DNA of 64,000 nucleotides from Diadema antillarum (lineage: Eukaryota): contig NW_027270922.1 of assembly GCF_040938485.1 (NCBI RefSeq), positions 124,001-188,000 of the forward strand. Reading direction: 5' to 3'. This document shows positions 46,698 to 58,700 of this stretch, piece after piece (the first letter of the stretch is position 1; every line of letters begins with the position of its first letter). The notes under the pieces were generated by a model. That model saw only the letters and a list, made by a program, of their open reading frames with translations, was not told where the DNA came from and made no database searches. Position numbers and translations under genes: made by a program.

Positions 46698-46995
46698 GTC
46701 AGTACTTACTCATCTTGTAGAAACATCAGCACTGAAATCTCACCATGACAGTCAAAATTGACCCATATGAGACATAAGATATATTATTCCAACACTTCAG
46801 AAAACATAATAAATGTCGAGAGTGGTATTACAGAGCACATGAAAAACCAAGAGAACTGAGAACTGGTTATATCTCTGCGTGATGACTTTGATGGAATCTC
46901 CATACTGGAAAACCCCCAAGCTGGTGCTTATATGTCCCTTGTTTCACATGCTTATTTTTCACCTACTTCTAGTTGAGGGAAACCAAAGATTAAAA

Positions 46996-47004
<9 letters not shown>

Positions 47005-47042
<38 letters not shown>
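47005..47042. repeat. (TA)n microsatellite
   Basis: Direct reading. Confidence 0.95.
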
Positions 47043-47044
<2 letters not shown>

Positions 47045-48020
47045 AAACTTTATTCTTTGGCAGTAGTCATAATTACAAGTTCACGTCCATGAACTTTATA
47101 TAAACAGTCAGAGGCGTATACTTTCCGTAAAACATTATACTGTTCAGATACAAATGTTCCATCAATTTCGCTAAGAATATCTATCATGTTTGTAAGCAAC
47201 AGTTAACCTTACGGCAAGTTGTGGTCGTGAGAAAAAACATTGCGTGAAAGAAGGTGCACAACGTCTGTGTATAATATGTGAGCAGGTGTGCTTTGGAATC
47301 GGACAAGAGTGCTGGAATCTATAAATATGTTTTCGAGTGACATTATGAAGCTGAGAATATCCTTGAAACTTCAAAGAGCCTTCAAAGTACCCTGCGCTCT
47401 GTCACAATGGCTCACTTGTAACAATTATTGCCATTTCTTTTATTCTGTCTACATACAGATTTTGAAGAGGGTTGAAGGATATCTTGTGCATAATGGTTTC
47501 AGTTTCCTTTTTGCTGTTGACTAGATTGCGTTTATGGTATTCATACTGAATGAAGTTACAACTGATTAAAAAAGCCCAGCTTCCTGATAACACCATGTTT
47601 TTCACACAGATATAGGGTCTAAAAGTCATTATGATATTGCTGTTTATATCCATTTACAAAAATGTTTTTTCAAGTATTCAGGCCAGGTAATGGACGGTAA
47701 TCACCATAACTCTTTGCTGCATGTAATGCAAATTTGATATGATAATTTGACTGTTAATAATGGTGAAATCAATTATTTTGATGATATCTTCCAGCATACT
47801 TGCCATCATTATGACTATTATCATTATCATTGTTATCACTGTTACTATTATTATCGAAATACCTCGTCTTTTGTGTGTTTACTATACTCAAAATCATTAA
47901 TTAGTGCTCCTTGATCTAAATTCTTAGTGACTCATTCTTTTGTTATGCTATAATGATCTGCCCCATGATTCCAAGAAAAGGACAACTTAAAAGTTTGCAA
48001 TATGTTTTCTTTACCTGAAG

Positions 48021-48135
48021 TATCGACGGATATGGCGGCCTGGCCCATGATGACATTGACTACTGTCGTCGTTGGTCTTTCCATCGCTGTCATCGTCCTC
48101 GTCTCCGTCATCGTGGTCATGAAGACAAAACAACG
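48021..48135 (+). CDS. Gene C exon: alternative transmembrane segment
   Basis: TTACCTGAAG acceptor; VSTDMAAWPMMTLTTVVVGLSIAVIVLVSVIVVMKTKQ; donor CG|GTATTG (phase 2). Not in the ORF track. Confidence 0.8.
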
Positions 48136-48562
48136 GTATTGACTTTCGCTCACTCAATGGTCATATGCAACGACTTACAGAATCTGTGTCGCGTGAACAT
48201 GGGAATCACCTCTATATATTTGACCATTTTATTTCTTCATGTTACATCATGCTGTTGTCTGCTGTGTGATTGTCGTGCAGTAGACCTAAAGCAATTTTAG
48301 CACTTTTCAATTGTTCCCTCACTTTGTTCCTTTGCCCATGTTTAAATACTATCCGAATGCAGTTCTCTTTGTAGCGTCTCTCGAAAAAGGATATCAAAGG
48401 AAATATTCTGTTTGCCAGTTTCGGAGATTTGGAAGGAAAAAGTGCTAGTACTTCTGCGTCTGTGTCGGCTCATTTTGCATTAGCTGTGTGTCTCTACGTG
48501 CTTTTTTTGTACCTTTGAATATGTGATGTGAATACGCTTGTGCAAGCCTGTGTTACGGCATT

Positions 48563-48699
48563 NNNNNNNNNNNNNNNNNNNNNNNNNNNNNNNNNNNNNN
48601 NNNNNNNNNNNNNNNNNNNNNNNNNNNNNNNNNNNNNNNNNNNNNNNNNNNNNNNNNNNNNNNNNNNNNNNNNNNNNNNNNNNNNNNNNNNNNNNNNNN
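48563..48699. other. Assembly gap (137 N) in the intron between gene C TM and tail exons
   Basis: N run. Confidence 0.95.
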
Positions 48700-49334
48700 G
48701 TTTAATTAGTTAAAGTTTTTAGCATTCTGCAGCATTGAAATGGTCTCTCTATATGTTCACGAGTCTGTGTCTATTTGGTTCTTGTGTAGACTCGTTTGGA
48801 ACGGTCTTGTAAAAATTCTATGCTTAAGTTATGTGTATTTGCGTTTTCTGATAACGACTCCGAACCTGCGTAAATAATGGACAATTTTGTTCAATTTACT
48901 AGACATACTAAAAGCGGCCATTTTCTGATTTTTTTTTTTGTGGTGATAATATAAATTGTGATTATCAACTTTGACACTCCTAATAACACAGAGCATTTAA
49001 CTTACATGCAATGTATTATAACTAAAATAGTGTAAATCTCATGTAATGAGATGTGCTGGTTTTACTGCCTTACTAAATGAAAATGAAATCAATATCTAAC
49101 ATGCCATTGCGTTGCGCAGGAATTTTCGTCTTCAAATCTTGTTGCCTTTGTTTTCATTTCTAACGTCTTATACTTTTAATACATAGAGTGAAAACTGATC
49201 TTATGTATAGGAACTGTTTCTCTTTTTGGTAGCATTGTAGTGAATAATGGAAAATAAGATATGATTCGCATTATTGAAAAACATGAAAACAACAATTACA
49301 TGTCGAATTCGATGTGTTCATCATGTATATTCAG

Positions 49335-49761
49335 GAAACAAAACAATGGTACCGGGCCTTCCGAGAAGACGTCCGTCAATGATTCCGTAACATCACTCAA
49401 GCTCGCCGCAGTCAATACGCCCTCGAACTATGTAAGTCTCGATTCAGCGACGCGTAGTCATTCCGAATACGCATCTCTGTATGACACTGCAGCAGGACCA
49501 ACTCGGCCAGATGTTACTAGTCAAGCCCAAACCGACGTCATCAGCGACATCGTCTCGGATAACAACTATGAGACGAGGATCAGAGTGACGCCCGGTGATA
49601 AAGGTTTTGCAGTTTATGATGTTCCCGTCAACAGCCAGGTCAACGAGCGGTCGCATGAAGAAAGACCGATCGGGGATTCTGATTACGTCGACATCGTAGA
49701 TGGACGGAGAGATATTACGTTTAGAAGCATTTTAACAATAATAACCACACCAGCGCAGTAG
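49335..49761 (+). CDS. Gene C terminal exon: cytoplasmic tail with ITAM-like YVSL-x9-YASL, YDVP and SDYVDI
   Basis: ATTCAG acceptor is phase 2, matching the TM exon donor (CG+G = Arg); open to TAG 49759-49761. The junction spans an N gap in the intron. Confidence 0.75.
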
Positions 49762-50827
49762 CGACTACAATAATGATATCTGTATCACATTGGCGGCAAA
49801 CCCAGCAAATTCTGGGTTAGGCCTATCCTTCATTGTATTTAATGCACATATACGTTTATGTAATGGGCCAGGAATTTCCTGATAAATGTTATTCAGACTT
49901 GACGGAAGTGTTGTAAGGGCTTACCAATTATAGTATGTAGTTCCTTATGGTGCATTTGAAAATAAAAACAAACAAGTGAACGCAAGTCGATTCCACTGCT
50001 TTTTTTTTCACCAACTTTAGCGTGATTACACAGTGTTGTCAAGGCACAGGATTACACTCACAAAATATCGAAATAGACATCACTGATAAAAAGTAGTCAC
50101 AGAAACAAGAGTGATAAGGTAAGCTCCTGATCCTCAATGTATATCCAAAGCAATGCTTACAGTATCTCTAGAATCCACTTTAAGTCTGGACGTAAGTTGT
50201 CGATGTATTATGAGTAATCCCAATACTGCACTTTAATCGGCCATAGTCCTAAAAGGCATCGATATGGAGAATGGACAAGGACAATTGTGTTTGATATATC
50301 ATTAGCTAAACATCAAACGTGGATATTGTGAGATTAACGTAAGCAAACTATAATTAAATTTGGTGCATTGTTATCGCAGAAGTAATGATCCGTTAAGCAA
50401 GGTATTATTCACCTAAAAAGGTGTTTATATTGGATATTGTGACACTCGTGGCCTGTAAGGAGGTCTAATTATCTTGACTTCAAAATAACAGTTGGCACTT
50501 TGGCAAGACAAGGATTTATTACGTACAAATTTAAAATGTCACACCTCTGATGTACTAGTATGCAACATTGTATTTTCTCCTTAATGTAATATCTGCAAAG
50601 TATACATTGTTTGTCTTATACTCTTTTACATTCATCCGTATACACTTTTGTTCTACAGCTTGTGCATCTGTACTTCTTTGCTTATAATTTGTTTTATAAA
50701 ATGTATGCAGCGCCTTTTTTTTTTGATGGAATAAAGTAATTAAGATATCCAATCTTTGAACAATTTTTATGAAAGAAATTCATTCAAGAGCTGAATGATA
50801 TGGAATATCTTAATCGATAAAATACTA

Positions 50828-51958
50828 CAGCGGATTCCCGTTATCACGAAGTCCTCGGAACCGGCAGTTTTCTTTCGTTATATCGAAATTTCGTTATATC
50901 CGAACAAATAAACAATAAAAATACATAGAGAGGAACAAGGATGTTTGCTATCGCCGACACTCTTCAAATGTTTTCCTTGAAAGAATCATGGCAGACGCAC
51001 TTGAAGACCATCAAGGAACAGTCAGCATTGGTGTTGGTGGCAGAACAATCACAAACCTGCGTTTTCCGGATGATATAGATGGACTCGCAGGCTCGGAACA
51101 AGAACTGGAGAACCTGGTCAGGTAACTACACAGATCCTCCACAGCTTACGGCATGGAAATCAATGCAAACAAAACAAAACTGATGACAAATAATATAAAT
51201 GGAATCCAAACTGACATCACTGCCAACGGAGAAAAGCTTGAAACCGTGAAGAACTTCAAATACCTTGGAGCAATAGTTTCAGATGAGGGGTCCAAACCTG
51301 AAGTATTAGCCAGAATTGCAATGACAGCTGCAACACTTGCTAAATTGAACATCATTTGGAAGGACAAGACAATCAAGCTCATCTCAAAAATAAGACTCTT
51401 GCGTTCCCTTGTCCACTCAGTTTTTTTCTGTATGCTTGTGAAACATGGACTCTTACAGCAGAATTAGAGAAGAGGGTTCAGGCCTCAGAAATGAGATGCT
51501 TCAGAAGACTGCTTGGCATCTCTTACAAAGATCACATATGACCAATGGGGTAGTCAAAAAACAGAATAAGGCAAGCCATTGGTCCGTATGAAGATCTTCT
51601 CACCACCATCAAGAGACGCAAACTAAAATGGTTCGGCCACGTAACAAGAAGAGATGGGCTTGTCAAGACAGTACTCCAGGGAGCAGTCAGAGGAGGAAGG
51701 AAGAGAGGAAGACAGAAAAAGAGATGGGAAGACAACATCACAGAATGGACAGGACTGAAGCTGAGCGAAGCGGTCACTCATGCGAAGGACAGGGAAGGAT
51801 GGAAAGGACTGGTTGCTAGGTCATCTGTAGCGCCCCAACGGCAACCGCCATGGGGCAGGTGAGGTGAGGATAGAGAGGAAAACGTTGCGTCCATAATTTT
51901 GACTTCGTTGTAACCGGAATTTCGTTATAACCGTCTTCGTTATAACAGAAATGAACTG
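50828..51958. mobile_element. TA-flanked MITE (Tc1/mariner-pogo-like, about 190 bp net) split by a LINE insertion
   Basis: TA-CAGCGGATTCCCGTTATCACGAAG ... CTTCGTTATAACAGAAATGAACTG-TA. Confidence 0.6.
50936..51869 (+). mobile_element. 5'-truncated, frameshifted RTE-clade non-LTR retrotransposon (reverse transcriptase C-terminal fragment)
   Basis: Begins QGCLLSPTLF, continues GRTITNLRFPDDIDGLAG...INANKTKLM...FKYLG...LKWFGHV...RGRQKKRWED; GTGAGGTGAGG tail; 11-bp TSD ATAGAGAGGAA (50925-50935, 51870-51880). Confidence 0.9.
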
Positions 51959-52754
51959 TACTAGTATAAAGTTTAAGTTTCAAAGTTAATATCAACTTAC
52001 TAAGAATCTGTTGAAGTTGTGTCAGTGGTACGAGCCGATGTCTAATAAATGGAATTACTATGAATTTTGTTTTACATGTATATCTTTTAATATGGGTGGG
52101 TATGAACAAAGTACCTTTGCAGATGAAAACAAAATGAAATACAGGAAAATGGTTGCCATTTAATGTCCTACGTGGTTAAATTGGACTAAGCTTAGTTTAA
52201 TTGTCTGTTCAAATATTGTGAAAATGCTCCCTAAGATTCCTGTCTAAAATGCTTTTGGTCGTGTCAAGCTCTTACATTTCCACAATTAATAGGTGGTAAA
52301 ACATCTCTGGTGCCTGAATTCCAAAACTTCTTGAAACTACTCAACAATATAGTTCCGCATAGAAAGGAAGCCAGCTAAAAATTCAATACCCTCTTATGTT
52401 TAATTGTGCGGTCATATAAAGACTAACGAAACCTAGTTCGTGGTACTTTTAAATCAATTGATATTGGTAGTTTTGGCAATAAAAGAGTCTTCTAAGAGTC
52501 TTCTGTTTATAATGACCACTTTTATCGACAGATCCTATTCCAATGAGACATTCAACATTCCGTAATGATAACATTCAAACTTTAATTGAATAAGTGCAAC
52601 TTGTCATTGTTGTCTTGGAAGTTAACGTGCTCAGTCATGCATGACATTTTTCAACACAATTAGGTACCATTGAAAAAAAAAACAGTAGAGAACTCCTTTT
52701 CTCACAACTAACAATGCGCTACAAAGTTGGATTACCATGATTACCGTTGGTTGA

Positions 52755-52774
52755 TGCTGTTGTATTTGTTGTTG

Positions 52775-52809
<35 letters not shown>

Positions 52810-52835
52810 GTTGTTGTTGTTGATGATGATGATGA
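52755..52835. repeat. (TTG)n/(TTA)n/(ATG)n compound trinucleotide repeat
   Basis: Direct reading; source of the poly-Leu ORF. Confidence 0.9.
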
Positions 52836-53899
52836 TACGCACTGTATATGAGGTTGCTGTGTCCCTGGCTGTATCTATCACTCTATTCCCAAGGTTCCCT
52901 CTCTTCTCAGAGCTTCATTGTGTGTACTTCGAAGTTAACACAAACCGACAGAGCCTTTAGAATCGCGCCATCTGTTGACAGGTTACCAAAGAATGGAATA
53001 TGATTTTAAAATGTGTCGCAAGCTACACTAATTGAAGACCTTATAGGGAGACCTCTGGATGATTTTTCACACTTTTGCATTTGAACATCTATAAATTGGA
53101 TATACTTGGTACAGACTTTCAGAATCTAAAGTGACTGGGATGAGGAATACGAATGCTTTCAAAATTGCCATGCACACAATTCGCCATCACATTCCTTCAT
53201 TGAAATGACTTCAAATACAAGGTTGTGTACATTGCACCAAATACAATTCGGAGCATGATTACCAGGGATCAAAGGAGACCTCCGGATGATTTCAAAACTT
53301 TTACATTTGAACAAAATAGATTAATTATACTGTGTACAGAGTTTCAGAATTTATAGTGGTTGGGATGAGGAATAAGAATGTTTCAAAATCTATAACGAAT
53401 TGCAATGATCAAGGATGATGACATGGCAGCCTCGCCATAAGAATGCATGAGTTGGGGCTCAAGGAAGCAGAACAAAAGAAGAAAGCACGCATGATTATAT
53501 TCTTCCCTGATTAATTTGTTCAGCAAACGGCATTGTAATGCAATGACATTGCCACATTACTGGCATATGTGAGCTTCCTCTGTCATCATCATTGTTCAAA
53601 ATCATGTTTTGTTTTTTGTTTTTTGGAGTATTGGTTTTTCTTCCAAGGGACAACAAAAAAATCCACATATCTATACCATGGTGCCATCGATTTATTTATT
53701 ACATGATGCTGACTTTATATATTGATCGTGTGGGATTGTCCCTTTTAACATGGAGTGAGGTTGGTCACGTGCTTGAGGTTCAAAGTAATGAACAATATCT
53801 TTCTGAAAGGGAAGTTTCAATCCATGTTTAGATTTATGCTACTTTGTTGAATAGGTATAAATCAAACACACAGAGAAGTAAATGTTCCATTTTAGATGG

Positions 53900-53926
53900 A
53901 CGCACACACACAAACACACACAAACA

Positions 53927-53973
<47 letters not shown>

Positions 53974-53975
53974 AT
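53900..53975. repeat. (CA)n microsatellite
   Basis: Direct reading. Confidence 0.95.
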
Positions 53976-54529
53976 TTCGATAAGATGAAGTTAATATGAC
54001 TTCCGCGTGCTTTCATAAATAGCGCTATAGGCCAAAGCCACACATGGCAATATGGCCAATGCTGGTGACAATGTCTCGTGTATCTCTCAGTGTGCATGCA
54101 TACAATTCGCCATTTTCTTTTCCTGTGTTAAAATGACTTCAAGTCACAAGGTTGTATACATTACACCAAAATAGTTTAATACAAAAACTATAGAGCGTGA
54201 TTAGTGACCAGGGATTGAATAATGATTTGGAAGAGATGGAGTCGGTAACTTGGAGACAAAGTAATGTTTTTTTTTATCACTTTTTTTTTGCAATAGTCGA
54301 GTGGGAGAAAGCCGGTGATACTGATGCCTTGATATGTATGTAATGAAATTGCGACTGATTAGTACTATCTGAAAAAAAAGAACTTTTTCATGCTACATAT
54401 TGCTTTTATTTTGAATATGTCTCTACTTTTCTGTCGTAAAAATTTCATTCAGTTGTGGTAAAATCAAAATGCACGAAGAGAGATTCGTCTTTTCGAACAG
54501 CCCGCGACGCGTCGTGTCTTTGTGAGAAA

Positions 54530-55140
54530 AGTTTTGTCACACCTGACTTTACGGCCACCTGTCTTAAACGGACACCTGCCGCACACAGCCACTAAAAACA
54601 AATCCCCCCCCCCCCAGAGGCCATGGTAAATACCTGTATATGGTGACTACTTGTCTATTACAGCCATTTCCTGTCTCCATTGGGTGGCCGCTATATACAG
54701 GTTTTACTGTAGTATTGGTCAGTACAGACCAGGGCCGGCGGAAGTCGGGGGGGGGGGGGGAGCTCGGGCACCCTTCCACTTTTTTGCACCGTACAAAGGA
54801 ATAGGGCGTCACCACTTTGGGCTCCTCCCCCATCCCCCCCACCCCCACCCCACCCCCCCCCCCCACACACACACACTCTTTTTTATTACTGCGGAAGTGC
54901 GTAAGTGGCTTTTTGCTTGTCAACTGAAGAAACCCGGAAGTGGAAGAGAAAGATGAGCTGAAGGCGTTTATCATTTTTATTTTTATTCTCATTATTTTGC
55001 TTTTCAGCTGAAGAAACCCTGAAGTGGCACACGAAGTTGCGCTGAATGCCTTTTTTTTTCTTTTCTTTTTTTTTTGCCTGCTAGTTCATGAAACCCGGAA
55101 GTGGGCCCCTCCCCCCACTCCTCTCACTTTTGAAAACGTG
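54530..55140. mobile_element. GC/poly-G/C-rich cluster of probable transposon remnants upstream of gene D
   Basis: Contains ACAGGTTTTACTGTA (pogo/Tigger-like end), CAGGGCCGGCGGAAG plus G/C runs and three related AAGAAACCCGGAAGTGG units; absent upstream of B and C. Boundaries uncertain. Confidence 0.4.
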
Positions 55141-55685
55141 GCGCCGAGGCGACGGTGCAGACAATAAGAAGATATTAAAAAGGAAGAGCACTCAGTAGGA
55201 AGATATTAAATATGTAGAGCACTCAATAGGAAGATATTGATGTACGGAGTGAAATACAACATACCAGAGTTTATTGTCATGTCTGTAGACTGAAACAAAT
55301 ACACCTTCTTCTCATATGGCACAGACCATGATAAAAAAGCACTTGAATGCTAAGCAACAGATTATGATATCAGTCGAGTGGGCTGCGACACCTTTTCACA
55401 TGTACGACGCATGCTATCTTTCAAACCACAATATTACATTGGTTGTGCTGTGGAATAGGCCTACACTATAAAGATGTAGTGTTTGCATTGCCTACAAATG
55501 CAGCATAAGTGAATTCGGAAAAATTTCATTGCGAACAAAATAGTTCATCGAGAGCAGGAAGTGGTCGCTGCCAAGAGGCAAGTGTTAAAGGCAACTATAC
55601 AGCGCAGTCTTAGTATGCTTTGCTTTACTTGAGACCACACAGTATTATGCAGACTGAGGGGATGAGGCATCGCGGAACTATCATT

Positions 55686-55749
55686 ATGAAGACCAGTACC
55701 TTGGCATTCCATTTGATCGTCTCCTTGATCTTACCCTGCATCTCGGAAG
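55686..55749 (+). CDS. Gene D signal-peptide exon (MKTSTLAFHLIVSLILPCISE)
   Basis: 64 nt, G|GTAAAC donor; homologous to 18825-18888. Confidence 0.8.
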
Positions 55750-58700
55750 GTAAACGTCGTAGTAACTGCCGATTATCTATACACTAACGACATGTTTGAT
55801 ACCTATTTCAAAAGATATTTTCTCCTATAATTCCATTGATCCGTCTTTTCATTTGTTGTGGGGGATGACACGTGTTGACGTTTAGTCATAACCACTTGCA
55901 TTCCAGCAATATGTAGGCCTATAATTTGTTCCACCGAAGAATGCCCATTCTCATCTGAATGATAACAATGCATATTATGACATATGGAAAATCGTTAAAG
56001 GGTAAATTGCAAATTAAGATAACTTATCCATTGAATGTTTTGAAAAAGATATTAAAAAGTCTGGTCGATCATCTACTTATCACTAGTCGTAATGAAACAA
56101 AATACAATAGGAATTTCATTTCTGCTGGAAGTAAAGTAAATTCATATCTCTTGACTATTTTATGTCCATAGGAAAGATCTAACTGCACTTATACCTGATA
56201 TACCAGACTATATAATAACAGGTGTATACTGTCAGAAAGCTTCATACTATTTTATGCTTCATAACTGTCCTCCTTTTTTTCTAACAGTATCGGAGCGCAG
56301 AGATTTTGGTACTGTTAAGTACTAAACCTTCAACATTTAATGTCTTACAAAAGAAAACCTTAAAAAGATAGGAAACAGGAAAACAACTGTAAGATCTCCT
56401 GGGACAAGGAAAGTATAATGATGATGATGACGGTGGAGGATTATGTAAAAAATAGAGCTCGTTAATATTGACGGGTTCATTGCCATGATAGTCAACAGTT
56501 TTTTTCTCCTGCATTCTTACCAACATAACTACGTATAAAAAATGTTTTGCATTACATTCAATCCAGCTTGTATTTTATCACTTATTTTACATTATGAAAT
56601 CCAGATTGCTTGCGTCCACGATGGCACATGCTGTAGTTCCCTCTTTTTTCTCCCTTTTTTTTCCTCTCTTTTTTTCCTCTTCTTTTTCCTTTCCTTTTCT
56701 CTCTTTTTCCTCTTCCCAATCATTTTGATGTCAGTTGACATCGGTTCGTTTATTGTGTTTTATATTGATGTTTTGTGTATTTTTCTGAGGGTCCCATATC
56801 GTACAAGCTTTGCTTCTTAGTGGGACCCTCCACTTCCATCCTCATCCTTAGTTGACTTGTATTATACGCTTTATGTATTTAACAAAGATGTAATCACATC
56901 TACTTTTCACTTTCATAATTTTCTTATGTACCTTTTCAAGTTTTGTTCTGTATCACAAATATCCCGTGTATACGCAATGTACATAAAGTTCTTTGTTCAT
57001 TTTGATGGAGGTGAAAATAAAGTTGAAAGTTGAAAGTTGAAACACCAAGTTCGTTTATATTTTTGTTGTTGTTGTTGTCTTCAGAAAGGAGTGAATTTAC
57101 AGTGTCTACTTCCGTTCAAGGCCAAAGAATCGAGGGGTTCGAAGTGGTCATAACTTGCACGTATCATCCTCGCTCCATCCCAGAGAAGTTCTCTAGCCTG
57201 CAGTGGTTTGTTGATGGCAGCAAGTTGGGGAGTTGCAGGCGTAATGACGGTTCCAACGAAATACGGTGTAGCCCAAAGATGGGGTACAGTTCCAAGTACT
57301 TCTTCACAGCTGATGGCGTATGTTGTGGGAACATTACCATACATCGACTCACCAAAGACGATGAAAAGACATACAGCTGCCAGGTAGGCACCGAGGATGG
57401 AATCGGACTGAGTGACGCTCGTCTCACCATTATACATCCCCGTATGTTCACCTTTACTTTATTACGATGCAATGGCTACTTTTTCCAAAACAATGTAAAA
57501 GCGCTATTATGTGAATACATGATTAGTATAATCACTGGCGTATTCAGGGAAGTGGGAGAGNNNNNNNNNNNNNNNNNNNNNNNNNNNNNNNNNNNNNNNN
57601 NNNNNNNNNNNNNNNNNNNNNNNNNNNNNNNNNNNNNNNNNNNNNNNNNNNNNNNNNNNNNNNNNNNNNNNNNNNNNNNNNNNNNNNNNNNNNNNNNNNN
57701 NNNNNNNNNNNNNNNNNGCCTACATTCACATGCATGTGACAATTATACATTTTTCTTTTTATTGATGTACCCCGAATTCAACTTTTAGAGTTACATTTGT
57801 ATCAATTGCTTGTATCCATGTTGTTTTGTGATGACTTTTATACTTGTATGGTTATGAAATATCTTTTTTATGCCAATGTAACATTTTGTATGATGAAATG
57901 TGCATCTGTGCATTTGGTCACCAGTCAAATTTTTTAATAAAGACCTTTTCAATCAATGTACGTAACGCACATATATGATTTTTGTGGACTATAATTATGT
58001 ACATGTATTTCCAGTATGTACAAGTATATCAGTTACATAATTATAAAGATGTACAGTGTGGATAATACTGTGAACACACATTATCATGCCTGCGTATGTT
58101 ATTAGCTCAGCCAGAGTTCTCGAAGACAGATGAAATCAATTCCTTGCATCCATGTATAATGTGCATGTCTATGTATGTGTATATAGACACATAATAGGCC
58201 TACATACATTATAATCTTATACATATTACATTATTTCCTATCCCGCTCAAGAAGTAGTTTACAGGCCTGCTGCAAGTTTTTATTGTACATTTTGCCTATT
58301 ATACCTGCTGTTTTTGTTTTTTATGATCTTTCCTTTAAAATGAGAAGGGCTTCCGTATACACATGAGTTGACTGGTACTGACAACCTCCAAGTTAACCTA
58401 GCTCGGAACATCTCGTGCACTTCTGCGGGCAGCTACCCTGCCCCGACCTTCCGCTGGTACATTGATACCCGAGAAGTCACTGGTGACGCCGTAAGCCTCC
58501 TACCCGAGACCGATCGTGCCGATGGGCAGGGTGGACGTGGAGAGGTCGTCAACGCAACGAGTATTCTCACTTACAGGCCTTCTCGAGAGGACCACGGGAG
58601 AACCCTGGTGTGTAGCCTGAGTCTTTCCGTCTCGCCTTCAAACATGACTGTTTTCAATTCTTCGGTCATCCTCGACATCCAATGTGAGTTTCAAGGCATT

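Larger units (their letters stand above)
38486..49761 (+). pseudogene. Gene C: IgSF receptor with alternative TM and ITAM-like tail, disabled in this sequence; join(38486..38548,40237..40605,42742..43397,43514..43834,44553..44837,45332..45352,46437..46697,48021..48135,49335..49761)
   Basis: Signal exon is 63 nt instead of 64 (TTT vs TTTT), and a 323-bp MITE interrupts the C2 exon. Repairing both gives 2193 nt = 731 codons with all other exons open. Confidence 0.75.

Noticed and set aside
52727-52960. Poly-Leu ORF resembling a signal peptide; also pyrimidine-rich ORF 56542-56820
   Set aside because: Products of simple repeats.
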